A stretch of 64,000 nt of DNA. It comes from Gammaproteobacteria bacterium. GTDB taxonomy: Bacteria; Pseudomonadota; Gammaproteobacteria; JABABF01. The position numbers and the translations under genes are program-made. The notes below the pieces were generated by a model. The model had not been told where the DNA came from and did no database searches. It worked only from the letters and a program-made list of their open reading frames with translations. Positions 30,471 through 40,935 of this stretch are shown here, one piece after another; positions within the stretch are counted from its first letter, which is position 1, and each line of letters starts with the position of its first letter. The stretch is taken from the NCBI GenBank assembly GCA_965237805.1, contig OZ250153.1:1469043-1533042 (forward strand), in the 5' to 3' direction.

Positions 30471-32021
30471 TCAGGCATCGGCAAATAGGGGACGTCCACT
30501 CATCTCGGCCGGGGGCTCTAGGCCAAGCAACCACAGCGCCGTGGGAGCCACATCGGCGAGCGAGCCGTGGGGCTGTTCCCAGTCGCCGTTGGCAGTCGCC
30601 GGGCGCAGCTGCCGCGGCCCGGCGTAGAGCAGTGGTACTGGCCCCAGCGTGTGGGCGGTATGGGTGCCGCCGCCGGGTGCCGACATGCTCTCGCAGTTGC
30701 CGTGATCCGCGGTGATCAGGCAGTGACTGCCGCTGGCGTCGATCGCCTCGAGCAGCTGTCCCAACGCCCGGTCGATGCATTCCACCGCCGCCACGGCGGC
30801 ATCGAGCTTGCCGGTATGGCCGACCATATCGCCATTGGCGTAGTTGCAGATCAGCACATCGTGTCGACCGGCCGCGATCGCATCGACCAATTTCCGGCTC
30901 AGCTCGGGCGCACTCATCTCTGGTTGCAAATCATAAGTGGCGACTTTGGGGGAGGGAACCAACTGCCGTTCTTCACCCGGGAAAGCGGCCTCGCGTCCGC
31001 CGTTCAGAAAATAGGTGACATGCGCGAATTTCTCGGTTTCGGCAAGGCGCAGCTGGCGCAGCTGGTGTTGAGCCAAGCAGGCTCCCAAGGTGTTCTCCGG
31101 TTGCTCGGATCGAAAAGCGACCGCCGCCGGTAGCGTGTCGTCGTAGAGTGTGGCGGTGACAAAGCATCCCGCTCGCAATGCCGTCTGTCCAGGGCGCGGA
31201 AAATGATCGAATTGCTCATCGAGCAGGGCGTGGCTCAGCTGGCGGGCGCGGTCGGCGCGAAAATTCATGAACAGCATGCTGTCGGTGACGCCGATGGCTC
31301 GAGCCACACCGATTGTGGTCGGCAGCACGAACTCGTCATCTTCGCCGCGCTGGTAGGCGGCTTCGAGCGCTGTTTCGGCGCTGTCGGCGCACTGCTCGGC
31401 CAGTCCTGCCACCAGTCGCCAAGCCCGTTCGGTGCGCTCCCAGCGTCGATCCCGATCCATCGCGTAATAGCGCCCGACGACGCTGGCAATGCGCGCCTGA
31501 CCGCCGCTGAGCTGGCACTGTCGCTCCAGCTCGGCCAGCGAGGTGGCGGCGCAGCGCGGCGCGGTGTCGCGACCGTCAAGAAAGGCGTGGATCTGCACTT
31601 GGGCACCGCGCTCCAAGGCTAGCTGCAGGGCGGCGTGCAGGTGGCGTTCGTGGCTGTGCACCCCGCCGGGTGACAGCAGGCCGAGCAGATGTACTGCGCC
31701 GCCGTCGTCGCGAGCTCGGTCGATCGCCTCGCACAGCACTTGGCAACGGGAAAAAACACCATTTTCCAGCGCTTGGTCAATCTGTGCCAGCTGCTGTGGG
31801 AGCACCCGCCCGGCCCCGATGCAGCTGTGTCCGACTTCAGAGTTTCCCATTTGACCCGCGGGCAGGCCGACGGCGGGGCCGGAACATGACAGCAGGCGTT
31901 TGGGTGCGGTGCGCCACAGGCGATCGTAGACTGGAGTGTGGGCGATGGCGATGGCATTGCCCTCGCGCTGCTCGCTGTGCCCCCAGCCGTCGAGCACGAT
32001 CAACGCCAACTGTGTCGCCAT
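30471..32021 (-). CDS. gpmI: 2,3-bisphosphoglycerate-independent phosphoglycerate mutase
   Basis: MATQLALIVLDGWGH..., iPGM Mn-binding motifs and the catalytic Ser region. Confidence 0.9.
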   Translation of the reverse strand: MATQLALIVLDGWGHSEQREGNAIAIAHTPVYDRLWRTAPKRLLSCSGPAVGLPAGQMGNSEVGHSCIGAGRVLPQQLAQIDQALENGVFSRCQVLCEAIDRARDDGGAVHLLGLLSPGGVHSHERHLHAALQLALERGAQVQIHAFLDGRDTAPRCAATSLAELERQCQLSGGQARIASVVGRYYAMDRDRRWERTERAWRLVAGLAEQCADSAETALEAAYQRGEDDEFVLPTTIGVARAIGVTDSMLFMNFRADRARQLSHALLDEQFDHFPRPGQTALRAGCFVTATLYDDTLPAAVAFRSEQPENTLGACLAQHQLRQLRLAETEKFAHVTYFLNGGREAAFPGEERQLVPSPKVATYDLQPEMSAPELSRKLVDAIAAGRHDVLICNYANGDMVGHTGKLDAAVAAVECIDRALGQLLEAIDASGSHCLITADHGNCESMSAPGGGTHTAHTLGPVPLLYAGPRQLRPATANGDWEQPHGSLADVAPTALWLLGLEPPAEMSGRPLFADA

Positions 32022-32100
32022 TCTTGGGTTCCGTTTACGCTCAGGCTAAACTGTTATTTTACGCGCCGCAACGGCGGCATTCTGCGCACGGTTCTCGGCT

Positions 32101-32523
32101 ATGTCTACATTCAGTGCCTTCGCTGTGCAGCAATGGCCGTTATTTGCGGCATTGTGCCTGCTGCTCGCGTTGTTGTGGCGGCACGAGAGCCGCAGTGGTG
32201 GCCCGGCCATTTCGCCCCATCTGTTGACCGTGTTGGTCAATGGCGAAAGCGCCCGCATGATCGACCTGCGTCCGGCGGCCGACTTTGCGGCTGCCCATAT
32301 CGCTGGTGCCGAGAACATCCCGTGGAGCGATTTCCAAAGCCGCCTGCCCGAGCTGCAGCGCGACACTAGCACACCGTTGGTGCTGGTCTGCGCCATGGGG
32401 CAACAGTCCCCGTCGGCGGTGCGGCAGCTGCGCGCCGCCGAGTTCAAGTCGCTCTCCCGCCTCGGCGGGGGCATTGCCGAATGGCGACACCAGCGCTATC
32501 CGTTGGTGAGCGCCAAGCGCTGA
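32101..32523 (+). CDS. Rhodanese-domain protein (YibN/GlpE-like), N-terminal TM anchor
   Basis: Single rhodanese domain with active-site Cys (LVCAMGQQS). It is divergent from gpmI, as yibN is in E. coli. Confidence 0.6.
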   Translation: MSTFSAFAVQQWPLFAALCLLLALLWRHESRSGGPAISPHLLTVLVNGESARMIDLRPAADFAAAHIAGAENIPWSDFQSRLPELQRDTSTPLVLVCAMGQQSPSAVRQLRAAEFKSLSRLGGGIAEWRHQRYPLVSAKR

Positions 32524-34454
32524 TGGTGCGGGCGCTGTGGCTGGTGGCCGCCATGGCCGCAGTCTGGCCGCTGTCCGCAGCGGCCGATGCCGCGCTGGGC
32601 GGGGTTGTCTCAGCTCCTGCCTTGTTGCCGGTGGAGCAGGCTTTCGTCATGCGGGCGGAGCGGCTCGACGGGCAGCGGGTGGCCGTGCAGCTATTACCCG
32701 CTCCCGGCTATTACCTGTATCGCGAGCGGCTCAATTTCAGTGCGGTGCCGCCGCTCGTTTTGAGTGGTGCGGTGCAGCTGCCAGCGGCGCGGATCATCGA
32801 CGATCCATTTATGGGACGTACCGGCATCTACGAGGATTTTGTCACCGTCGAATTGGGGCTGGACGAGGTACCGAGTACGAGCCGCTGGCTGGAGTTGGAA
32901 GTCTCCGCCCAGGGTTGCTCCAGTGCGCCAGCCGTGTGCTATCCGCCATTCAAGCGCCGTCTGAAGTTTCTGAATACGCGCTCTGGTAGCGCCTCTGTTA
33001 TGGGTGGCGGTGCCCCCGATGTCGAAGCGCCAGCGGCGTTGGAACTGGTGGCGACGGCGAGTGAGGCGAAGCGGCAGGCTGCTGTCCCCGCCGCAGCTCC
33101 GCCGGAGCGTTGGAGCAACCCCACTTCGCGCTGGCTACCATCGCAATTGGCCGATCGTTTGGCGCGTGGCGGCGGCACAGTTTATGGCATGCTGGCGCTG
33201 TTCTTTGGGCTCGGCCTGTTGCTCGCCTTTACGCCCTGTGTACTGCCGATGTTGCCGGTGGTTGCAGCCATGGTGGTCGGCGTGTCGGCGGACAATCCCG
33301 GCCGCGGCGGGCAGTGGCGAGGCACCGCTTTGGTGCTGGCCTATGTGTTGTCCTTGGCCTTGGCATGGGCTGTGGCAGGCCTCGCTGCTGGCGCGGTTGG
33401 CAGCAGCTTGCAGGGCCTGTTACAACAGCCTGCGGTGCTGATTGGAACCGCACTGTTATTGCTGCTGTTGGGGGTGGTCGCGATCGGTCTGCTCAAGATC
33501 GATCAGTGGTTGGTGCCGCGCCATGTCAGCAGCAGCAAGTGGCCGCCGTTGCGGGGAGTGGGCGGTGCGGTGGTGATGGGTGTGCTGTCTGCCTTGGTCC
33601 TGAGTCCCTGTGTCAGTCCGGCCTTGGTCGGGGCGCTGCTTTATCTGGCGCAGGGTGGCAGTGCCCTGCGGGGTGGAGCCGCGCTGTTTGCGATGGGGCT
33701 GGGTATGGGGCTGCCGCTGCTGTTATTGGCCGCCGGTGGTCAGCGCTTTGTGCCACGGCCAGGGCCTTGGTTGAAAGGCGTGCAATGTTTTGTCGGCCTG
33801 TTGTTGGCAACGCTCTCGCTGTGGTTGCTATCGCGGGTTTTGTCAGCCGAGGCCATTTTGGCGGTGTTGGCCACCTTGTGCGTGGTATTTGCCGTTTGGT
33901 GGAGTGGCTCAGTGCGCTGCAGTGCGACCGGTCGCCTCGTCGGCATGCTGGTGCTGATCGCCCTCAGCGCTGTGTTGTTCTACGCCGCCACCGGTCGCTG
34001 GAGCGCCTCCCTGCCGGGTGCATCGTCGGTTGGGACGGTCGCCGAGACACGCTTGGGCGATCACTGGAGCCGCGTCCGCGTCGCCGACACTGAGGCATTG
34101 CGGCGCAGCGTGGCCGCCGCCGGGCGACCGGCGCTGCTCTTTGTCAGCGCGGACTGGTGCACGGTATGCCATCGTATGGAGCGTAGCACCTTTGCCGATG
34201 CCACCGTGCGCGACTTGCTGGCCGAGGCGCGGCTACTCTACCTTGATGTCACCCGTAACGGCGCATCCGAGCGCCGTTTGATGACCGAGCTGCAGCTGTT
34301 CGGGCCGCCAGCGCTACTGTTTTTCGATGATGCCGGGCGGGAGCTGCTGTGGGCGCGGCGGGTCGGCTATGTTGCTGCCGCCGAATTGATCGATCTCGCC
34401 GAGTCTGTGTTCGGCGCGGGTTCAGTCCTTGCTGGTCAGGTTGAAACGCCTTAG
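32523..34454 (+). CDS. dsbD: Thiol:disulfide interchange protein DsbD
   Basis: N-terminal periplasmic domain, 8-TM core with C-x(n)-C (LAFTPCVLPML ... LSPCVSPAL) and a C-terminal thioredoxin domain with CXXC (SADWCTVCHRME). TGATG overlap with the rhodanese stop. Confidence 0.8.
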   Translation: MVRALWLVAAMAAVWPLSAAADAALGGVVSAPALLPVEQAFVMRAERLDGQRVAVQLLPAPGYYLYRERLNFSAVPPLVLSGAVQLPAARIIDDPFMGRTGIYEDFVTVELGLDEVPSTSRWLELEVSAQGCSSAPAVCYPPFKRRLKFLNTRSGSASVMGGGAPDVEAPAALELVATASEAKRQAAVPAAAPPERWSNPTSRWLPSQLADRLARGGGTVYGMLALFFGLGLLLAFTPCVLPMLPVVAAMVVGVSADNPGRGGQWRGTALVLAYVLSLALAWAVAGLAAGAVGSSLQGLLQQPAVLIGTALLLLLLGVVAIGLLKIDQWLVPRHVSSSKWPPLRGVGGAVVMGVLSALVLSPCVSPALVGALLYLAQGGSALRGGAALFAMGLGMGLPLLLLAAGGQRFVPRPGPWLKGVQCFVGLLLATLSLWLLSRVLSAEAILAVLATLCVVFAVWWSGSVRCSATGRLVGMLVLIALSAVLFYAATGRWSASLPGASSVGTVAETRLGDHWSRVRVADTEALRRSVAAAGRPALLFVSADWCTVCHRMERSTFADATVRDLLAEARLLYLDVTRNGASERRLMTELQLFGPPALLFFDDAGRELLWARRVGYVAAAELIDLAESVFGAGSVLAGQVETP

Positions 34455-35654
34455 CAACATGGGCATCGTCGGTGCCTGTACCAGCAAGCTGAACAACACC
34501 ACGCCGTAGCAGATGGATTGCACCGTCCACCAGTAGGGCAAATCGTGTGGCAGCGACAGCGCCAAGGCCAGTGCGACACCGCCGCGCAGACCGCCCCACA
34601 CCAAGATTGGCTGGTAGTGTGCGGGCAGCTTGCGCTTGGTGATCAGCGTGCCCAGCCAGACACTGCCGTAGATGGCAATGACGCGCGCCAGCAGCACCGC
34701 CACGATGCCGATGATCATGGCGAGCCAGCGCTCGCGGAACATATTCACCGTGATTGTCAGCCCCATCAGGGCGAAGACCAAGGCGTTGAATAGGTGGGCG
34801 AGGGCGACCCACACGGTGTGTAGTCGCTGGTGCTCTTCGGCGTCGATCGTTTTTTGGTGATTGCGGTGCAAGAGCAATGCTGCGGTCAGCACCGCCATGA
34901 CACCGGACACATGGCACAGCGCCTCGGCGATGTAGAAAGCACCGTAGGCGGTCAGCAAGGAGTTGAAGCTGCGCGGCAGCAGTGGCGACAGTAGTCTTTC
35001 GGCAGTGGTGGCAGCGAAGCCCACGACCGCGCCGATGGCGATTCCGCCACAGCATATGGTGACGAAGTCGACTGCGGCGGCACCGAGGCTTGGGGTCTGT
35101 GTGCCAGCGGCAGTTGCGGCGCTGACGACCAGAGCGAATATAACGATGGCGGTGGCGTCGTTGAACAGGCTCTCCCCTTCGACCAGTACTACCAGCTCCG
35201 ACGGTGCTTGCAGCTGCCGGATTTGCGCCACCACGGCCACCGGGTCGGTGGCGGCCAGCAGGGCACCGCCGATCAGGCCAGCGACCAATGGGAAGCCGGG
35301 ATGGTCGATGCCTAGATAGAGCGCCACGCCGGTAATGAACACCGAGATGATGACCCCCAGCGTCGCCATCAGCAACACCGGGACGATGTCTTGCCACAGC
35401 AAGTCTTGCCGCAAGCTGTAGCCCGCCTCAAAGATCAGTGCGGGCAACAGCACGAAGAACATCAGCGAGTGCACATTGCCCGCCCGCACGCCGGTGTCGA
35501 AGCCGGTTGCCTCGACCCCGAGGCCGAGAGCGAAGCCAAAGGCGACCAGCCAGGCAGAGAGTGGTAGTTTGGGGACGAAGTAGGCGGCGGCGGTTGCTGG
35601 CAATGTCACCACTGCGAGCAACAGCGTGGTGGCGACGACCTCTTCAACGCCCAT
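34422..35654 (-). CDS. Na+/H+ (cation:proton) antiporter, CPA1/NhaP type
   Basis: ~12 TM helices and the Na_H_Exchanger family pattern (FF..LLPALIFEAG...). Confidence 0.7.
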   Translation of the reverse strand: MGVEEVVATTLLLAVVTLPATAAAYFVPKLPLSAWLVAFGFALGLGVEATGFDTGVRAGNVHSLMFFVLLPALIFEAGYSLRQDLLWQDIVPVLLMATLGVIISVFITGVALYLGIDHPGFPLVAGLIGGALLAATDPVAVVAQIRQLQAPSELVVLVEGESLFNDATAIVIFALVVSAATAAGTQTPSLGAAAVDFVTICCGGIAIGAVVGFAATTAERLLSPLLPRSFNSLLTAYGAFYIAEALCHVSGVMAVLTAALLLHRNHQKTIDAEEHQRLHTVWVALAHLFNALVFALMGLTITVNMFRERWLAMIIGIVAVLLARVIAIYGSVWLGTLITKRKLPAHYQPILVWGGLRGGVALALALSLPHDLPYWWTVQSICYGVVLFSLLVQAPTMPMLLRRFNLTSKD

Positions 35655-35690
35655 GGAGTGACAAACGCTGTCGGCCGATTGCTGACACCG

Positions 35691-37232
35691 TTATACGTTC
35701 CGGCTGGTGCTGATCAGGTACTCGGTCTTGGTTGCGACTGGTGGATAGAGTTCGTCCAGCGGTGCAGAACGACCATTCTGTTGCACTTGACGCGCATGGG
35801 AGCGCCGCAGTTCACGTGCCTCCCGGAGCCCACAAGAATGGGCGATGACCTGCACCTCTTTGATAGTGTTGCGAGCGTAGTGCGCTACGCGTTGCGCTTT
35901 GGCCTCGGGTACCAAGCCGTTTTGCAGGCGCTCATTGTGGGTTGTGATGCCCGTTGGGCAAGTGTCGCGGTTGCATTGCAATGCTTGGATGCAGCCCAAG
36001 GCGAACATGAAGCCGCGTGCCGAGCTGATGAAGTTGGCACCCATGCACAGCGCCCAAGCGATGGAGCCCGGGGTGATCAACTTGCCCGAAGCGATGATGC
36101 GGATTTCTTCGCGCAGACCGTATTTTGTCAATATGTCCACAGCCATCGGTAGGCTCTCGCGTAACGGCAGGCCGACATAGTCCATCAGGCTTTGCGGGGC
36201 GGCACCGGTGCCGCCGTCGGCGCTGTCGATGGTGATGAAGTCAGGTGCCGATTCGATGCCTCGCTGGTGGATAGCCTCCATCAATTCGTGCAGCCACCCT
36301 TGGCCGCCGAGCACGGCCTTGAAGCCCACCGGTCGACCCGTGACCGAGCGCACCCGTTCGATCATATCAAGCAGCTCTGCCACCGAGCCGATATCCAAGT
36401 GCGCGTTGGGGCTACGCGAATCCTCGCCCGCGGGGATGCCGCGGATCGAAGCGACTTCTGGCGTCACCTTCAGCCCGGGCAGGATCCCGCCTTTGCCGGG
36501 CTTGGCTCCTTGGCTCAGTTTGATCTCGAACATGCGCAAGCGCTCGTATTGCGACAGTTCGCGCAATCGCTCATCTGATAATTGACCGTGTTCGTCGCGC
36601 ACGCCGTACTTGGCGGTGCCGATCTGGTAGACCAAGTCGCAATCGCCGTCACGGTGGTAGGGGGACATGCCGCCCTCGCCAGTATTCATCCAGATGCCAG
36701 CCTCGTGCGCCCCTCCCGCCAGCGCCTGCACGGCTGGCTTTGATATGGCACCGTAACTCATGCCAGAAATGTTGAACAGTGATTTGGCGAGGTAGGGGCG
36801 CTGGGCGCGCCCAGCGCCGATTTCCAGCGCTGAGATATCACTGGTTTCCTCGGCTTGGAGCGGGAAAGGGCTATTCATGAACAGTACTTCGCCCAGCACG
36901 TTGAGTCGGCGCGTGCTACCAAAGGCGATGGTGTTGTCGTGGTTTTTGGCGGTGCGGTAGGCCCAGCTGCGCTCGGAGCGGTTGAATGGCATCTCTTCGC
37001 GATCCATGGCGAAGAAATATTGGCGGAAGAATTCTCCCAGCTCCTCGAAGAGATAACGGAAGCGGCCGATGACAGGGTAGTTGCGCCGCACGGCGTGGCG
37101 CGTCTGTGTCACATCGACGATGTACATATAGGTGACTGTCAAGATGCCGACACCGATTAGGAAGATCAGCAGGTAGACAGACCATCGTATGAAATCGAAT
37201 ATAAACGTTTCCATCGGAGTGTTTCTCCCCAC
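35691..37232 (-). CDS. FMN-binding glutamate-synthase-domain family protein (GltS large-subunit domain-2-like), N-terminal TM helix
   Basis: Homologous throughout to the FMN/Fe-S domain of glutamate synthase (…GEGGMSPYHRDGDCDLVYQIGTAKYGV…, …KLSQGAKPGKGGILPG…). GTG start 37232 or ATG 37214. Confidence 0.7.
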   Translation of the reverse strand: MGRNTPMETFIFDFIRWSVYLLIFLIGVGILTVTYMYIVDVTQTRHAVRRNYPVIGRFRYLFEELGEFFRQYFFAMDREEMPFNRSERSWAYRTAKNHDNTIAFGSTRRLNVLGEVLFMNSPFPLQAEETSDISALEIGAGRAQRPYLAKSLFNISGMSYGAISKPAVQALAGGAHEAGIWMNTGEGGMSPYHRDGDCDLVYQIGTAKYGVRDEHGQLSDERLRELSQYERLRMFEIKLSQGAKPGKGGILPGLKVTPEVASIRGIPAGEDSRSPNAHLDIGSVAELLDMIERVRSVTGRPVGFKAVLGGQGWLHELMEAIHQRGIESAPDFITIDSADGGTGAAPQSLMDYVGLPLRESLPMAVDILTKYGLREEIRIIASGKLITPGSIAWALCMGANFISSARGFMFALGCIQALQCNRDTCPTGITTHNERLQNGLVPEAKAQRVAHYARNTIKEVQVIAHSCGLREARELRRSHARQVQQNGRSAPLDELYPPVATKTEYLISTSRNV

Positions 37233-37286
37233 TCAGGCAGCGGTCGCTTGGCACTCAGGCAGCGGTCGCTCGGCACTCAGGCGCTG
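37231..37286. repeat. 22-bp direct tandem repeat x ~2.5 spanning glnA stop / downstream gene start junction
   Basis: actcaggcagcggtcgcttggc | actcaggcagcggtcgctcggc | actcaggcgctg. On the coding (minus) strand each unit ends ...GCCTGA|GTG, which repeats the stop-start junction. Confidence 0.8.
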
Positions 37287-38690
37287 TAGTACATCTCGAA
37301 TTCTGCCGGATGTGGCGAGCCCTGCAAGCGATCGGCTTCTTCGGTTTTCAGGTCGATGTAGGAATCGATCAGCGTCTCGCTGAAAACACCACCATCCGTC
37401 AGGAAGGCGCGATCCTCGTGCAATGCGTCCAGCGCCACCCGCAAGTCGGTGGCGACTGTGGGGATGTGGCTGAGCTCGGCATTTGGGTCGTAGAGGTTGC
37501 GCTCCTCTGGGGCACCCGGGTCGATTTTGTTTTTGATGCCGTCCAAGCCGGCCATCAACAGGGCGGCAAAGCACAGATAGGAATTGCCGCTGGCATCTGG
37601 GAAACGCACCTCAATACGACGGGCCTTGACCGAATCGACATATGGGATGCGCACAGCCGCCGAGCGGTTGAGCCCGGAATATGCGAGATGGATCGGTGCC
37701 TCGAAGCCCGGCACCAAACGCCGGTAGGAGTTGGTGGTGGCGTTAGCGAAGGCATTGAGCGCCCGCGCATGGCGGAAGATGCCGCCGATATAGTAGAGCG
37801 CTATTTGTGATAGTCCGGCATAGAGCTCGCCAGCGAACAGGTTCTCGCCATCTTTGAATAGAGATTGGTGGCAGTGCATGCCATTGCCGTTGTCATCCAA
37901 CAGCGGCTTCGGCATGAAAGTGGCGGTCTTGCCATAGGAGTCGGCGATGTTGAGTGCGCAGTATTTGAAGATTTGCAACTCATCGGCTTTTTGCGTCAGG
38001 GCACTAAAGCGCATGCCGATTTCACTCTGGCCACCGGTGGCCACTTCGTGGTGATGCAGTTCGGGTACCAAGCCCATTTCGCTGGCGGCCTTGCTGATCG
38101 CGCAACGCAGATCGAATAGGCTGTCGACTGGCGGCACCGGGAAATAGCCGCCCTTTGGTGCTGGCCGATGGCCGATGTTGCCCTCTTCCAGCTCGTCGCC
38201 GGATTGCCAGTGCCCCTCATCGGAACGGATGGCGTAGAAGCTGCCGCCTGTGCTAGTCTTCCAACGGACATCGTCAAAGACAAAGAATTCTGGTTCCGGA
38301 CCGAAGAAGGCCTGATCGGCGATGCCGCTACCACGCAGGTATTCCTCGGCGCGCAGCGCGGTGTGGCGCGGGCAGCATTCGTAGGGTTCAATACCGCTTT
38401 TGCCAGTGGGTTCCGCCACATTGCAGCGCAGGTTGACGGTGCTCTCCTCGGTGAAAGGGTCGAGCACGGCGCTGTCGTCGACGGGCATTAACAACATGTC
38501 GGATTGGTGAATTTCCTTCCAGCCAGCGATGGAGGAACCGTCGAAAGAGAAGCCGTTTTCGAACAGGGCTTTGTCCCAGGCGCTACCGGGTAGGGTGACA
38601 TGCTGCTCTTTGCCGCGCAGATCGGTAAAGCGGAGATCCACCCACTGCGCGTCGTGGTCTTGGATCAATTGCTGGGTTTTGCTGGACATT
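37277..38690 (-). CDS. glnA: Glutamine synthetase type I
   Basis: [35 protein letters not shown]-terminus, ATP-binding ([17 protein letters not shown]) and adenylylation-loop region. ATG at 38690; the 38 upstream codons in the ORF track are non-homologous. Confidence 0.9.
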
Positions 38691-38937
38691 TTCTCTATAC
38701 TCTCGGTCGATCTGACTGGTGGTTGGGTCATCGGAGCAGGATCAAGGCTGGTGGGATGCGATGATCGCTTGGGCGGATTGATAACGATTGGCAATGTGGA
38801 CACTCGATCCCTGTGATCCGCCTCGGCTCAGGCTCGCAGGCAATGTAGGCTGCTGGCCAAACTGAGGGACACTACCAACTAATAATTGTAGTCCCCGTCG
38901 GCAAGATGCGCAAGAACTTCAGGCTAATATAGCCGCT

Positions 38938-40425
38938 ATGGTGTCTCAGCTGCCCCGCGCTTCGCACTATCTGTTGTTGCGCTATTTTTCCGAGATGACG
39001 CTGAAGAGCGTGCCGGTGCGTCGGCGTCAGCGACAGCAACTGCAGCGCAATCTCAGACGCTTGCTCGGCAAGCAGGCCGAGTTGCGTGCGGTCTGGAACC
39101 AGCTCGCCGTGCATCCCGCTGCCGATTTGTCGCCAGCGGCGTGGGAGGATGTGCGCGGGCTGTTACTGCGCACGCCGGGCATCTCCAAGCTGCTCGAAGT
39201 CGACGATTACCCGCTCGGGGATTTGGCTGCGCTCAGCTGCTTGGCGACGGCGGTTTGGGCCGAGCGCGTCGCCGGGCGCAGCATCGCGGTGCGTTGCCGC
39301 CGCGTCGGCCAGCATGCTTTCAGCTCGCCAGATGTGGAGCGCCAGCTCGGTGCCGCCCTGTTGCGCTGCGGTGCATCCAGTGTCGATTTGGAGACCCCGG
39401 AGGAATGCTTGCTGCTGGAGTTGCGCGGCGATCACGCCCTGTTCGTGCAGCAGCAGTGGCCCGCCTTGGGAGGCTTTCCGCTGGGCTCCCAAGATGGTGC
39501 GCTGTCCTTGCTCTCCGGAGGCTATGACTCGGCGGTGGCCAGCTATCGGGCGCTGCGCCGCGGCCTGATCCTGCACTACTGTTTCTTCGATTTGGGTCTG
39601 CCCGGCCAAGAGGAGCTGGCGCGGCAGGTGGCGCTGTGGCTGTGGCGACGCCATGCGAGTTCGCATCGGGCACACTTCTTTACCGTGCCCTTCGCCGATG
39701 TGTTGGACGAGATTCTGCGCCGAGTACCGGGTTCGCTGGCCACTGTGGTACTCAAGCGTTGTATGTTGCGCGCCGCCTCCGAGCTGGCCAAGCGTGCCGG
39801 GCTGGGTCTGCTGCTCAGCGGCGACAGCTTGGCACAGGTCTCCTCTCAGACGCCGGCCAATCTGGCCGCCGTGGATGGCGCGTCGGAGTTGCTGGTACTG
39901 CGCCCGCTGATCACCGAGCACAAGGGTGACATCATCGCAGAGGCACGGCGTATTGGTGTCGCCCAGTTCAGCGAGCGGGCGCAGGAGAGCTGTGCCAGCA
40001 CCTCGCACCGTCCACGCACACGAGTGTCGCCACAGCTGGCGGCGGAGACTGAGGCACGTTGCCGCCCGCAGCTGTTGCAACATGCTGTGGCCAGCTGCCG
40101 CCGCCACGCCCTCGACCAACCCCCGCCCGAGCCTCTGAGCGCCCCTGTCTGCGACGATGTCGTGTCGGTGATACGCGTCGCTGTGCCCGGCAGTGTGATC
40201 ATCGATCTGCGCGCCCCTGATGAAGCGGGTGGCCGCCCCCTGCGTGGTTCGGTGGCGGAGATTTTGCGCATCCCCTCCTATCAACTGGCTTCCCGCCTGT
40301 CCGAATTGTCTCCAGAACGGCAGTATTTGCTCTACTGCCCGCGCGGTGCGCTCAGCCGCCTGCACGCCGCACGCTTGCGCGAGTGCGGCTACGAGCGGGT
40401 GGCGGTCTACCGCCCGCTGGGCTGA
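38938..40425 (+). CDS. thiI: tRNA 4-thiouridine synthase ThiI (THUMP + PP-loop + C-terminal rhodanese)
   Basis: PP-loop SGGYDSAVA and a C-terminal rhodanese with catalytic Cys (LLYCPRGALS). Confidence 0.85.
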   Translation: MVSQLPRASHYLLLRYFSEMTLKSVPVRRRQRQQLQRNLRRLLGKQAELRAVWNQLAVHPAADLSPAAWEDVRGLLLRTPGISKLLEVDDYPLGDLAALSCLATAVWAERVAGRSIAVRCRRVGQHAFSSPDVERQLGAALLRCGASSVDLETPEECLLLELRGDHALFVQQQWPALGGFPLGSQDGALSLLSGGYDSAVASYRALRRGLILHYCFFDLGLPGQEELARQVALWLWRRHASSHRAHFFTVPFADVLDEILRRVPGSLATVVLKRCMLRAASELAKRAGLGLLLSGDSLAQVSSQTPANLAAVDGASELLVLRPLITEHKGDIIAEARRIGVAQFSERAQESCASTSHRPRTRVSPQLAAETEARCRPQLLQHAVASCRRHALDQPPPEPLSAPVCDDVVSVIRVAVPGSVIIDLRAPDEAGGRPLRGSVAEILRIPSYQLASRLSELSPERQYLLYCPRGALSRLHAARLRECGYERVAVYRPLG

Positions 40426-40445
40426 GGTCCGGGTCGGGAGCTACA

Positions 40446-40895
40446 TTGCGCGCCTTGTTGCAACGGGTCAGCTCCGCATCGGTGTCGGTGGCTGGCGTCG
40501 AGCTCGCCAGCATCGGTACAGGTTTGCTGGTCTGTGTCGCCGTGTTGCGCGGCGACGATTCGGCGGCGGCGGCGCGTCTCGCCGAGCGCATCGTCCACTA
40601 TCGCCTATTTCCGGATCGCAGCGGACGCATGGCGCGCGATGTGTGCGCGGTTGGCGGTGCCCTGTTGGTGGTGCCGCAGTTCAGCTTGGGTGCTGACACG
40701 CGCCGCGGTCGGCGCCCCGATTTTGCGTCTTGCGCACCGCCTGAAGAGGCGCGTGGGCTGTGCGATGAGCTGCTGCGTTGCTTGGCGTCGGCTGGCGCGC
40801 CGGTGGCCAGCGGGCGCTTCGCTGCAGACATGCAGCTCGCCTCGGTCAACGACGGTCCGGTCAGCGTCTTTCTGGACACTGGAGAGCTGCGCTAA
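40446..40895 (+). CDS. dtd: D-aminoacyl-tRNA deacylase
   Basis: TTG start gives [19 protein letters not shown]...; SQFTL/GxRP motifs ([18 protein letters not shown]) and a C-terminal [18 protein letters not shown] lies 5 nt upstream. Confidence 0.8.
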   Translation: MRALLQRVSSASVSVAGVELASIGTGLLVCVAVLRGDDSAAAARLAERIVHYRLFPDRSGRMARDVCAVGGALLVVPQFSLGADTRRGRRPDFASCAPPEEARGLCDELLRCLASAGAPVASGRFAADMQLASVNDGPVSVFLDTGELR

Positions 40896-40935
40896 AATAG
40901 TCCGGATACGCACGCGCTGGGAGTCGCTTGCATTG

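Noticed and set aside
38691-38937. Sigma-54 (TGGCAC-N5-TTGCA) promoter / NtrC sites upstream of glnA, and likewise upstream of the P-II gene (11610-11915)
   Set aside because: They were expected from known biology, but no convincing -24/-12 match with correct spacing could be found by eye on either strand. Not reported as a feature.
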